Counted from the stretch's first letter, positions 31,101 through 41,866 are shown. The stretch is DNA of 64,000 nt from an uncultured Gemmatimonadales bacterium (GCA_963708135.1 OY970192.1:3616001-3680000), one strand, 5' to 3'. Notes: a model not told the origin generated them from the letters alone. Made by a program: numbers and translations.

Positions 31101-34100
31101 AGCCGAGAGCTACCGCGGCCCAGGCAGAGACGGCGAGGGTCCATCCCCGCGCCTGCGGGGGAGCCCCGAACCAGTCGCGCAGCTGAGCCTCCTGCCGCGG
31201 TCCATCCCCGCGCCTGCGGGGGAGCCCAGCGTGCGGGTTCGCCGTCCTCCATCTCGACGGGTCCATCCCCGCGCCTGCGGGGGAGCCAGGCGCTGCCGGA
31301 TGGTCTTGTCGCTCGCCGCCGGTCCATCCCCGCGCCTGCGGGGGAGCCGATGTTGCGCACGTTGGCGCGGTCCATCGCGAGGGTCCATCCCCGCGCCTGC
31401 GGGGGAGCCACGTCCATGGGCGTCCTCTCCGCGAGCAAAACCGGTCCATCCCCGCGCCTGCGGGGGAGCCCTTCATAGGTCCTCCTCGGCTTCTCTCCAA
31501 CACGGTCCATCCCCGCGCCTGCGGGGGAGCCCGGTCGATGTAACCGTCGAAGTAGAGCTGCCAGGGTCCATCCCCGCGCCTGCGGGGGAGCCGAACGCGG
31601 CATTGACCTCGGTCGAGGACGGCGGGGTCCATCCCCGCGCCTGCGGGGGAGCCAGGCGCTTCTCCGCCCATGACTCCTCGTCATACGGTCCATCCCCGCG
31701 CCTGCGGGGGAGCCATTCGTCCACCACAGCTCCGTAGATGTGCGAGGGGTCCATCCCCGCGCCTGCGGGGGAGCCGTGCGCGAGTCAATCTCGATCCACT
31801 GGTCGAAAGGTCCATCCCCGCGCCTGCGGGGGAGCCGGGAGACGACCCTTGACACGGCGATCCGCCTAGGGTCCATCCCCGCGCCTGCGGGGGAGCCGCC
31901 CAGCCGCTCGTGTCGATCGTGCCGGCGGTGGGTCCATCCCCGCGCCTGCGGGGGAGCCTCTTGGGCGTCCATCCAGTTGCAACGTCGGAACGGTCCATCC
32001 CCGCGCCTGCGGGGGAGCCTCGCTGGCCGAATCTGTGACCCACGGCGGGTCCGGTCCATCCCCGCGCCTGCGGGGGAGCCGTGCGCGCGGAACGGCAGCG
32101 TCGCCGTGCATCGGGTCCATCCCCGCGCCTGCGGGGGAGCCTGCTCACCGGCTCAGCTCCCGGCCTCGAGCTGGGGTCCATCCCCGCGCCTGCGGGGGAG
32201 CCATCGCCCTCGGGTCCGGCGGCCGCGGCGTCTGGGGTCCATCCCCGCGCCTGCGGGGGAGCCGCGCCCGCCACGGTCACGGTCATGAGCTCGGAGGGTC
32301 CATCCCCGCGCCTGCGGGGGAGCCTGATGTTCTTCCGAATGCCGTCCATCATGTCGGGGTCCATCCCCGCGCCTGCGGGGGAGCCTCCATCTCCGGGTCC
32401 TGCACGTAGAAGCCCATGGGTCCATCCCCGCGCCTGCGGGGGAGCCCTCTATGCGCTGAACGGCGTCAACAGCACGGCGGGTCCATCCCCGCGCCTGCGG
32501 GGGAGCCAATGTTGCGCACGTTGGCGCGGTCCATCGCGAGGGTCCATCCCCGCGCCTGCGGGGGAGCCACGTCCATGGGCGTCCTCTCCGCGAGCAAAAC
32601 CGGTCCATCCCCGCGCCTGCGGGGGAGCCCTTCATAGGTCCTCCTCGGCTTCTCTCCAACACGGTCCATCCCCGCGCCTGCGGGGGAGCCCGGTCGATGT
32701 AACCGTCGAAGTAGAGCTGCCAGGGTCCATCCCCGCGCCTGCGGGGGAGCCGAACGCGGCATTGACCTCGGTCGAGGACGGCGGGGTCCATCCCCGCGCC
32801 TGCGGGGGAGCCAGGCGCTTCTCCGCCCATGACTCCTCGTCATACGGTCCATCCCCGCGCCTGCGGGGGAGCCCCCGATCCGCAGCGGCTCGCGGCGATC
32901 CTGAGGGGTCCATCCCCGCGCCTGCGGGGGAGCCTCGTGGTCATCGCCGTGATCCTCCCCACGCGAGGGTCCATCCCCGCGCCTGCGGGGGAGCCGGGTT
33001 ACACCCATCGGCGCTGCGCCTTACTGGCGGTCCATCCCCGCGCCTGCGGGGGAGCCAGCGCATGGACGGAAGCGAAGCTCAACGCGATGGGTCCATCCCC
33101 GCGCCTGCGGGGGAGCCCGCACCGCCTCCAGTGCGAAGCCCATGATCGCGGGTCCATCCCCGCGCCTGCGGGGGAGCCCCGACGTGGCTGCGATGCCCCT
33201 CTCCGAAACAGGGTCCATCCCCGCGCCTGCGGGGGAGCCCAGACGCGCGACGGGGAAAAGTACCTGCTGTACGGTCCATCCCCGCGCCTGCGGGGGAGCC
33301 ATCACGGTGCGCGAGGCCGCGATCCTCCAGAGCGGTCCATCCCCGCGCCTGCGGGGGAGCCGCCAGCTCCGCCGCGCTGAACGCGCTGTGGACCGGTCCA
33401 TCCCCGCGCCTGCGGGGGAGCCATATGCCGGGGGCCTTTCCCGGCTGGGAAATGCGGTCCATCCCCGCGCCTGCGGGGGAGCCGGCTATTGTGCGCATGG
33501 CCGTCCTCCTGAGAGGGGTCCATCCCCGCGCCTGCGGGGGAGCCACCGGGGAGGTGCGCGGAATCCTCTCCGGGAGGGGTCCATCCCCGCGCCTGCGGGG
33601 GAGCCACGGCCGGCGGGGCCGGGACCTCATCCTGCGTGGGTCCATCCCCGCGCCTGCGGGGGAGCCCACTGGAGGCCGCCGTCGCCGTCCCATTCCCGCG
33701 GTCCATCCCCGCGCCTGCGGGGGAGCCCCAGCCGGGAAAGGCCCCCGGCATGTAACAATGGGTCCATCCCCGCGCCTGCGGGGGAGCCGCTCTCACGGAG
33801 ATGCAGGCTGACCTCGCCTCGGGTCCATCCCCGCGCCTGCGGGGGAGCCTGCCAGGCTTCGACCGGAAAACTGGCATCGGTGGGTCCATCCCCGCGCCTG
33901 CGGGGGAGCCCAGCGCCCCCGCGCACCGCGGCGACCCAGGCCGGGTCCATCCCCGCGCCTGCGGGGGAGCCAGGCCGGGAAACGGCGGTGCCTCCCAGCA
34001 CAGCGGTCCATCCCCGCGCCTGCGGGGGAGCCGCGGTGAGACTCTCGCCGCTGTCGCCCTTCGCGGGTCCATCCCCGCGCCTGCGGGGGAGCCACAAGCA

Positions 34101-36716
34101 CATCCATTTACTGTAGCTCCAGATGGGGTCCATCCCCGCGCCTGCGGGGGAGCCCAGACGCGCGACGGGGAAAAGTACCTGCTGTACGGTCCATCCCCGC
34201 GCCTGCGGGGGAGCCGGCGACCTCTTCCATCTCGTCGTCTGGGCTCCGGGTCCATCCCCGCGCCTGCGGGGGAGCCCCCATCTGGCTCAGGCGATCGAAG
34301 ACTTCCGCGGGTCCATCCCCGCGCCTGCGGGGGAGCCCGCCATTCGCCACGGAGCACGAAGTGCGAGAAAGGTCCATCCCCGCGCCTGCGGGGGAGCCCG
34401 TGGATCACGCGGCTGTGGTGCACCCGGGTCGGGTCCATCCCCGCGCCTGCGGGGGAGCCAGGGCCGGCGAGTACATGGCGGTGTTCTTCACGGGTCCATC
34501 CCCGCGCCTGCGGGGGAGCCGACCTTGTCGCACCGATCCGTGAGCGTCATACCGGTCCATCCCCGCGCCTGCGGGGGAGCCGGATCCGTCTCCCACTCGA
34601 CAATGTCCGCGTACGGTCCATCCCCGCGCCTGCGGGGGAGCCGGCGAGCCGGCGCGGTAGCGCCACGGCCGCAGGGGTCCATCCCCGCGCCTGCGGGGGA
34701 GCCCGAACTCAGCGCCGTAAACCATGCCCGCCAGAAGGTCCATCCCCGCGCCTGCGGGGGAGCCGAGTGCACATGCCCCTCGAACTGCTCCCATATAGGT
34801 CCATCCCCGCGCCTGCGGGGGAGCCGAGGCCGCCCCATGGGGGGAGTGATGACCACACGGTCCATCCCCGCGCCTGCGGGGGAGCCGCCGTCGGTGCGTC
34901 CGATGACGAGCTCGCGATGGGTCCATCCCCGCGCCTGCGGGGGAGCCGATGCCAGCGCCTTCGCCGTCTCCGGCGTGACCGGTCCATCCCCGCGCCTGCG
35001 GGGGAGCCCCCCCGTCGACGTCCAGCGTCTCGCCATCGGCGGGTCCATCCCCGCGCCTGCGGGGGAGCCTACGATGTGGCGGATCCGGCGCCCGCGATCT
35101 GCGGTCCATCCCCGCGCCTGCGGGGGAGCCTTCGGCGGCGTGCTCGAAGGCCGCGTCCTCTACGGTCCATCCCCGCGCCTGCGGGGGAGCCGACCCTTCC
35201 GTGGTATATGGCATTTGAGCACGCGGTCCATCCCCGCGCCTGCGGGGGAGCCAGGCGGTCGGCCCGCTCCACGTACTTCCACACCGGTCCATCCCCGCGC
35301 CTGCGGGGGAGCCCGCACCGCCTCCAGTGCGAAGCCCATGATCGCGGGTCCATCCCCGCGCCTGCGGGGGAGCCTGGAGCGCGGCCGACGATCTGGTGCT
35401 ATCGCCGGGTCCATCCCCGCGCCTGCGGGGGAGCCGGGCAGCGATCTACCAGCAGATCGGGAACAGCGGGTCCATCCCCGCGCCTGCGGGGGAGCCTGGA
35501 TCCGGGGCGACCTGCGCCCGGTGCGTCTGGGTCCATCCCCGCGCCTGCGGGGGAGCCGCCCAGGAGATGGGCGAGTGGGGTGCGCCGAAGGGTCCATCCC
35601 CGCGCCTGCGGGGGAGCCGGCGATCCGGGCTACGGCGTGGAGCCGGCCCGGGGTCCATCCCCGCGCCTGCGGGGGAGCCCGGTCTCGACCTGGTCGAGTG
35701 CAGGGAAGCTCAGGTCCATCCCCGCGCCTGCGGGGGAGCCTGCGCAGCGCGCGGCTGCTCCTCGCGATCGTGGGGTCCATCCCCGCGCCTGCGGGGGAGC
35801 CGCCGCGCGAAGGCGATGGGCAGGACCGGCAACAGGTCCATCCCCGCGCCTGCGGGGGAGCCCGATCTACATCCACGAGCTTAACTGGGAATGGCGGTCC
35901 ATCCCCGCGCCTGCGGGGGAGCCCCCATCTGGCTCAGGCGATCGAAGACTTCCGCGGGTCCATCCCCGCGCCTGCGGGGGAGCCGATCTCAGCCGTATCA
36001 CCGCGCCGCTGAACGTGGGTCCATCCCCGCGCCTGCGGGGGAGCCGCACCCCCCTTTTGCTTCCGATTTGCTTGAGGGGGTCCATCCCCGCGCCTGCGGG
36101 GGAGCCGCCCTGGCGGCGGCTGCGGCGTCCGTGGCGGCGGGTCCATCCCCGCGCCTGCGGGGGAGCCCAGCCGCCGCAGATCAGCCCAGGCCACACGGCG
36201 GGTCCATCCCCGCGCCTGCGGGGGAGCCGTCTTCGCGCTCCGCGGGCACGATGCGGAGCAGGGTCCATCCCCGCGCCTGCGGGGGAGCCCCGTCTCTGCC
36301 TGGGCCGCGGTAGCTCTCGACGGGTCCATCCCCGCGCCTGCGGGGGAGCCTGGAAGGGCGCCGTACTGCCCCTCCGGCGCAGGGGTCCATCCCCGCGCCT
36401 GCGGGGGAGCCCTTTCCCGGCTGGGAAATCCTTGACACCGCTAGGGTCCATCCCCGCGCCTGCGGGGGAGCCGTCGAGGCACTGGAGGCCGCCGTCTCCG
36501 ACCCAGGTCCATCCCCGCGCCTGCGGGGGAGCCGAAGTCCGAGCACTTCTCCCGCCTCCTCCCCGGGGTCCATCCCCGCGCCTGCGGGGGAGCCCCGGCC
36601 GGGCCGGGTCAGCGGTTGAACGTGAACGGTCCATCCCCGCGCCTGCGGGGGAGCCGCAGGGGGTGGACATCAGGCGGCCTCCTGATTGGGTCCATCCCCG
36701 CGCCTGCGGGGGAGCC
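28107..36716 (-). CRISPR. Type I-E CRISPR array: 141 full repeats plus 1 truncated, 141 spacers of 33 nt
   Basis: Repeat GGTCCATCCCCGCGCCTGCGGGGGAGCC on + (GGCTCCCCCGCAGGCGCGGGGATGGACC in the transcribed sense). First full repeat at 28149, last at 36689; 61-bp period holds at every point checked. Confidence 0.99.
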
Positions 36717-36773
36717 TCTGTCAAGAAACCAGACAGGGGGTCGGATGCGCAAGTCCAGCCTTCTGGTTTTGGG
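36717..36773 (-). promoter_or_regulatory. CRISPR leader (short)
   Basis: Lies between the cas2 stop and the first repeat; contains inverted repeat AAACCAGA (36726-36733) / TCTGGTTT (36762-36769). Confidence 0.6.
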
Positions 36774-36866
36774 TCAGGCGGTGGGTTCGGGCTGTTCTGA
36801 AGGGGGGAGGGCTCGGCGGGCGAGGAGGAGGCCGTCAGCGTCGCAGATTTCGCGAGGGGGAACCCC
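36774..36866 (-). pseudogene. cas2: cas2 3' fragment
   Basis: GVPPREICDADGLLLARR...* continues the 5' fragment in frame once the IS and one TA are removed. Confidence 0.9.
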
Positions 36867-36868
36867 TA

Positions 36869-38074
36869 GTACCGCGCCACAGTGGTCATGATGCGTAAAG
36901 GCGGTGGAGCTTGGATCGCGCATCGGAGACAGTGAAACGCCAGGTGGTGGGAGCTCGGACGGCGTTGCGGGGGGTCTCCCAGGCGAGGGTCTCGGCCCGC
37001 AGCCGGTCAACGTTGTCAAGGCGGCGGTGCAGGCACTGGCGACCGAGGATCGAGATCTCGATTTCGGCCATGTTGAGCCAGCTCCCGTGCTTGGGCGTGT
37101 AATGGAACTCGAGCTTGCGCAGGATACGGCGCGCTTCGGCGGCCTCGAAGGTCTCGTACAGGGCTGCGCCCGTGTGGCTGCTCAGGTTGTCGAGCACGAC
37201 GCGGATCTTGTCGGCGTCCGCGCAATGCACGTCAACCAGTGCGCGCATCTGCTGGGCGAAGTCCGCATTCGTGCGACGGGCGGTGACGTCCACATGCCGC
37301 CAGCCTCGCAGCGGCTCCACGAGCAGGAAGAGGTTGGCGGTCCCGCGGCGCACGTACTCGTAGTCAACGCGTTGGCGCCGACCCGGAGCGGCCGGCACCG
37401 GCAGGCGGGTTTCCCCGATGAGCTGGTAGGGCACTTCATCGAAGCACACCACCGGGCGCCGGGGGTCGTAGGGCTCCTGGTAGAGGTCGAGCACGTCCTC
37501 CATGCGGCAGACGAAGTCCCAACTCACCGTCGGGATGCACCACGCTTCCTTCTGCCAGGGCTTCAGGTCGTTTTTTTTAGAAGCCGTCGGACCGTCTCGT
37601 CCGTGATCGCGTCCACCACACGCAACTCGATCAGCTTGTCGGCCAGGAGCTGCATGGTCCAGCGCACGCGCCCCTCCGGAGGCGCGCTGCACGCCAGCGC
37701 GACCAGGAAGGCTTCCTGCTTGCCGTCCAGCAGCCGCGCTTTGCCCGGCCGAGGCCGATCGTTGAGCGCCCGCTCCAAACCGCCCTCGACGAAGCGCAGC
37801 CGCGTGCGCTCCACCGTGCACTTCCCCAGGTGCAGCGCGGCCGCAATCGCCTTGTCGGTCACGCCCTCGTCGGCCAGCAACAGGATGCGCGCGCGGTTCA
37901 CCCGGCGCACCCGCGCCTTGCCGCCCTGGAGCAGGCGCTTGAGTTCGGCCCGCTCGTCGTCCGTGAGGTCCACGATATACTTCTTGGCCATCTGCCCTCC
38001 TCGCTGGGGGTCCGACAAATGGGCCAACAATATAGCACGGAACTTTAGTCCTCACAATCATGATGGCTGAGTAC
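36869..38074 (-). mobile_element. IS630-family insertion sequence, copy 2 (1206 bp, complete)
   Basis: TA duplicated at 36867-36868 and 38075-38076, both in CTAG; imperfect IRs GTACTCAGCCA / GTACCGCGCCA. Confidence 0.96.
36886..37991 (-). CDS. IS630 transposase (orfA HTH plus orfB DDE via -1 frameshift at A8, + coordinates 37571-37578)
   Basis: orfA MAKKYIVDLTDDER...RLLKK; orfB KKNDLKPW...DDE motifs. Confidence 0.93.
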
Positions 38075-38308
38075 TAGGAGGCGGATGCTCTGGCCGCCGG
38101 CGGAGGAAGAGTCGGGGTAGGTCATGAGGACGGCGCCGCCGCCCAGGTCCGCGTACCAGTCCTCGAGGACGGACCAGACGCGTAGGCGGACGCCCCGCGT
38201 CATCCGGGGGGAGGTGTACACGCCGGGTGCGATTTCGAGCATGCACGACGCGAGAAAACCTCGGAACCGTGGGGCGACGTCAACCGTCACGACGATCGTC
38301 ATTGGCAT
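38075..38308 (-). pseudogene. cas2: cas2 5' fragment (78 codons), interrupted by IS630
   Basis: MTIVVT...RFRGFLASCMLEIAPGVY is a type I-E Cas2 motif; overlaps the cas1 3' end. Confidence 0.93.
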
Positions 38309-39173
38309 TGAGGAGATCCTTGATGCGATCGATCATTGCCGGGATCACCCGCTTCTCTCGGAGTGTCTTGCCAGACAGCTTACGGGCGATTCGCTCGAAG
38401 GGAACTGCTGGCGTGCGCAGGTGCTCCCGAACCGCGCCGAACGCGACCGGAAGTGTGATGTTGTCGCGGAACAGGTCCGCGACGTCGAGCGCGAACGCAT
38501 GGCCCGAGTCCTCGTGGATGAAGCCCAACTGCGGGATCGCTCCACTCACCGCGACGGCAACCAGTGCGGCCGCCTCGACTGCGGTCGCCGCATGGTTGAT
38601 CGCCTGGTTCGACAGGTCCGCCGCGAACGGATCCTCTCGGTCGTAGCGCCGTCCTTCCCATTCGACGCCGTACTGTTCCGCGACCCTGCGGTAGGTCTCC
38701 TTCATTCGGACGCCCTCGATTCCCCGGAGAACGCTGATCTCGGCCGCGGGGAAGACCTCACCGAGGCGCAGCGCGTACATCCGGCGGGCGATCCCGATCC
38801 GGTCCGAGGCGTCGGCCCAGAGGGCCGTCTGTCGGCGCGCAAGGGCCGAGCTGTCCGGTCCGAACGGCATGCTGGCGTAGAGCCGCACACCGTCCTCCCC
38901 CGAGGCGACGAGACCCGTGCCGTGGCGCGCGAGAAGCCGAAGCGCATCGTGGCTGACGGTCGTGCCCGGTTCCAGCACAACGCAGGAGACGAGCTGGAAC
39001 GGGATGGCGTAATCGCCGGCAGGGAGGTCCGCGGCGCCGCCTCCCGTGGTAGAGAAACGCAACGTCCCGTCTTCCACGTACAGCTGTCCGCGCGCCAGCC
39101 AGAGTAGGCCATGCCGGTCGCCATGCGGAACCCGAGCCGTCTCGAGTCCCAGCCGCCCCTTGAGCACACTCAT
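38280..39173 (-). CDS. cas1: Type I-E Cas1 integrase
   Basis: LEPGTTVSHDA, LRGIEGVRM, NQAINHA and LGFIHE...FALDVADL motifs. Confidence 0.96.
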   Translation of the reverse strand: MSVLKGRLGLETARVPHGDRHGLLWLARGQLYVEDGTLRFSTTGGGAADLPAGDYAIPFQLVSCVVLEPGTTVSHDALRLLARHGTGLVASGEDGVRLYASMPFGPDSSALARRQTALWADASDRIGIARRMYALRLGEVFPAAEISVLRGIEGVRMKETYRRVAEQYGVEWEGRRYDREDPFAADLSNQAINHAATAVEAAALVAVAVSGAIPQLGFIHEDSGHAFALDVADLFRDNITLPVAFGAVREHLRTPAVPFERIARKLSGKTLREKRVIPAMIDRIKDLLNANDDRRDG

Positions 39174-39919
39174 GGAGCGGGCGGCCGAAGCAACAGCATT
39201 CCGAATCCGAACGCGCGGTGGCGGCCGATCCCGCGGCCGAGGAGCACCGTAAAGGCATCGCCGTTGACGATCTGCAGCTCTCCGGCCACATGGACGTCCG
39301 GGCGGGCCTTTACCGACGACGTGCGGTCCTCCGCTTGGTTCCTCCGCACCAGCCGCTCCAGCTTGAAACCCTCGAGCCGCAGGCCGCGTGGCCGCGCGGC
39401 GGCGGGGGGGATCCTCGCCATGAACCATTCCCGATATACGTCCTGCCTCGAGACGGGAGTGTTCGATCCCTCAGCCGCGCAACGGGCGAGGAATGCGTCC
39501 AGCTCCGCGCCGGGGCGATGCGTGGTAGATCCCCGGGCCACTCGAACCACCGGACAGACGCGTGCCGAGAACGCCACCCGGGTTCCGGGCGGCCACGCCT
39601 CCGGCATCGGCTTCACGGCAAACTCGTCCCAATCAGAGGCGCCGTGAACCCACGGATCCGCGAACGCGTCGGCGTGGCGACGGAGTTCCTCTTCCGACCG
39701 GCCGGTGTATGCCAGGATCTCGATCGAGCGCCGGATCTGGCGGCCAACCGAAAACGGCTTGGGCGCGGCGTCGCCGAACAACTCGCCCATCATGCAGTGC
39801 ACGAGGTAGCCGGTGTCCACGTCCCGGATGGGGAGCCGCCGCCGCCGGCCGAGCTCGATCAGCTTCCGTGAGTCGAGGTGCAGCCTCGCCAGGCGTAGCC
39901 GCATGTCAGCCTTCGGCAT
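39170..39919 (-). CDS. cas6e: Cas6e (CasE/Cse3) crRNA endoribonuclease
   Basis: GYLVH motif; C-terminal GIGRHRAFGFGML G-loop. Confidence 0.93.
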   Translation of the reverse strand: MPKADMRLRLARLHLDSRKLIELGRRRRLPIRDVDTGYLVHCMMGELFGDAAPKPFSVGRQIRRSIEILAYTGRSEEELRRHADAFADPWVHGASDWDEFAVKPMPEAWPPGTRVAFSARVCPVVRVARGSTTHRPGAELDAFLARCAAEGSNTPVSRQDVYREWFMARIPPAAARPRGLRLEGFKLERLVRRNQAEDRTSSVKARPDVHVAGELQIVNGDAFTVLLGRGIGRHRAFGFGMLLLRPPAP

Positions 39920-40646
39920 GATCGGGCTCCTCGATGTCGATCGGGCCATGCCGGACGAGGCGGCGGCCGCCGTGGATCTGGTTCGTCCAGTCCCGCTCGT
40001 CGGTGACTGCCACCAGGGCGCCGCCTTCGTTCCCCTCCTCCGCCGGCCACCAACCGATAGCGCTGATCGGGTCCGCATCGCGAGCGGGATCGACCGGGGC
40101 ATACCGCCGTCGGAGCGCGCCCCGGAGGCTGGGCGCACTCACCCGCCCAAGGAGCAGCCGCGTTGCCGGGATGCACGGTTTCCGACCGAGGAAGAGGGGC
40201 CGCTCGGGTGCGTCCAGCGCCACGGCAAGTGCGTCTAGAGTGGGGGCAGAGTCCGGCGGGTCGAGGGTCACGGCGACGGTGTATACGGCGTCGGCGAGGT
40301 ACTGGCGCGTCCGGATATGGGTCGCCTCCCGGGCCGACCCCCCGGCCCGGCGCTCGACGGCTCCCCGCGTGGTCCATCCCGTATCCACGAGGAAATCCTG
40401 CCCGAGATCCACTGTCTGGAAATCGGTCAACCTCTCGCCGGGCCGGTCGCAGCGCGCGGCCATGCGAAGCCGGCGCTGGAGCGACTGGAGCGCATCGGAA
40501 TCGCGGTGGTCGTAGCCGAGCGCATTGCCGAGCAGTCCGACAACCATCGAGAGAGTCGGGTGGTCCTGGATGACCCCGCGGTTGTCGACGATCGGGCCGC
40601 CGAAGCTCATTAACGGCGCATCGAACCGCAGTAGGAGCGCGTCCAT
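39906..40646 (-). CDS. cas5e: Cas5e (CasD)
   Basis: LLLRFDAPLMSFG, PT.S...GLLGNALG, RQYLADA and LFLGRKPC motifs. Confidence 0.95.
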   Translation of the reverse strand: MDALLLRFDAPLMSFGGPIVDNRGVIQDHPTLSMVVGLLGNALGYDHRDSDALQSLQRRLRMAARCDRPGERLTDFQTVDLGQDFLVDTGWTTRGAVERRAGGSAREATHIRTRQYLADAVYTVAVTLDPPDSAPTLDALAVALDAPERPLFLGRKPCIPATRLLLGRVSAPSLRGALRRRYAPVDPARDADPISAIGWWPAEEGNEGGALVAVTDERDWTNQIHGGRRLVRHGPIDIEEPDHAEG

Positions 40647-40650
40647 CGTT

Positions 40651-41859
40651 TCACTCCTCGACCTGTGAGCGAGCCCAGCGGCCGAGATCGTCCAGTGGGA
40701 CCGGAGTGCCCGCGCCGATCGCGTCCGCGAGTTCGTTCGAGCGAACGGCCGAAAGGCATCGCTTCCCGCCTACGCCGTACATCCCGTCGAGGTCGCGGAC
40801 ATACTCCCCGAGCGCCGCATACGTGTTGGCCAGGAGGTCCGGGCGCTCGCCGACCGCTCGCAGGAAGGCGTTCGCGAGTGTCCGCGGCTGCGAATCGCCA
40901 GCCTCGACGGCGACCATATGGGCGTAGGCGTAGGGTGCCGTGGAGCCGAGCTTTGCGCCCGGAGATACGGTCGCGACCAGGTGCAGGAGGTGCTCAACGA
41001 CACGTCCGGCCAGCCCCCGGTCGGCGGCCTCCCAGTCCTTCCGGTCCACGCCTTCCAGGTTGGAGACGAGCAGCGGTAGGTCGATCACCGCATAGCCGTA
41101 GTAAAGGCCGCTGGTCAGCTCCGTCGTCCCGATGTGGCCACTGCCGAGTTCCTCTCCACTGCTCTGCACGAGATCGTCAACCGCGGAGAAGTAGTCGTCC
41201 TCGAACTCCCCACGATGCACGGTGAAGGCGTGGGCGACGTGGACCGCAGCGTCACCCCGGGCCAGGCGGTCGCTCGTCACCATCCGCCCGAACATCGCTG
41301 CGTCGAGCCCAGCTGCCAGTCCCAACGCCTTCAGGTTTCCCTTGCCTTCCTTTCCCCAGCGGGCCTTAATCACGCCGGCGACGTCCTTGGTGGCTGCTAC
41401 GTCGGCGCAGATGGCGCGTGCCTCGCTGAGCAGGTAGTCGACCTCAGGGCGCCCAAGAACCGTCACCTGTCCCGTCTTGAGCTGGGGCGTCTCATTGCCG
41501 TCGTCCGTATCCTTCGCGCTCCGCTCCTTCTTGGCCTTGGCGCTTTCGCCGAGCACCGCCACCATGAGTGCCTGGACCACCGTGCGTGCAAGCTCCGGGT
41601 TGACACTTTCCTCGAGCAGCGGCTGGACGACGAAGCGCTCGAAGGTGAGTCGGGAGCGGATCGACTCGGGCAGGTCCAGCTCGGCCAGGGACCATGCGCC
41701 GTCGAAGGTCCGCCAGTGCCGCTTGAGGCACTGTGAGGAGATCCGGGTCCGTGGTTCCCCGCCGAACGTAATGCGCTTCGCGAAGCCTGCGTCATCCCGG
41801 TTCAGGAGGGCGGCCGGATACGCGGTGAGCCAGTGGATCTGAATGAATTTCGAGGGCAT
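40651..41859 (-). CDS. cas7e: Cas7e (CasC/Cse4)
   Basis: LLNRDDAG.AK, RISSQCLKRHWR, AMFGRM, VAHAFTVH and DYFSAVDD motifs. Confidence 0.96.
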   Translation of the reverse strand: MPSKFIQIHWLTAYPAALLNRDDAGFAKRITFGGEPRTRISSQCLKRHWRTFDGAWSLAELDLPESIRSRLTFERFVVQPLLEESVNPELARTVVQALMVAVLGESAKAKKERSAKDTDDGNETPQLKTGQVTVLGRPEVDYLLSEARAICADVAATKDVAGVIKARWGKEGKGNLKALGLAAGLDAAMFGRMVTSDRLARGDAAVHVAHAFTVHRGEFEDDYFSAVDDLVQSSGEELGSGHIGTTELTSGLYYGYAVIDLPLLVSNLEGVDRKDWEAADRGLAGRVVEHLLHLVATVSPGAKLGSTAPYAYAHMVAVEAGDSQPRTLANAFLRAVGERPDLLANTYAALGEYVRDLDGMYGVGGKRCLSAVRSNELADAIGAGTPVPLDDLGRWARSQVEE

Positions 41860-41866
41860 GATCTCC

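Noticed and set aside
28116..36688. Self-targeting spacers within the window
   Set aside because: None noticed by eye; not excluded without an alignment.
28091..36800. Very long ORFs (up to 999 aa) across the array
   Set aside because: Artefacts of stop-free GC-rich repeats; the peptides simply cycle through the three repeat frames.
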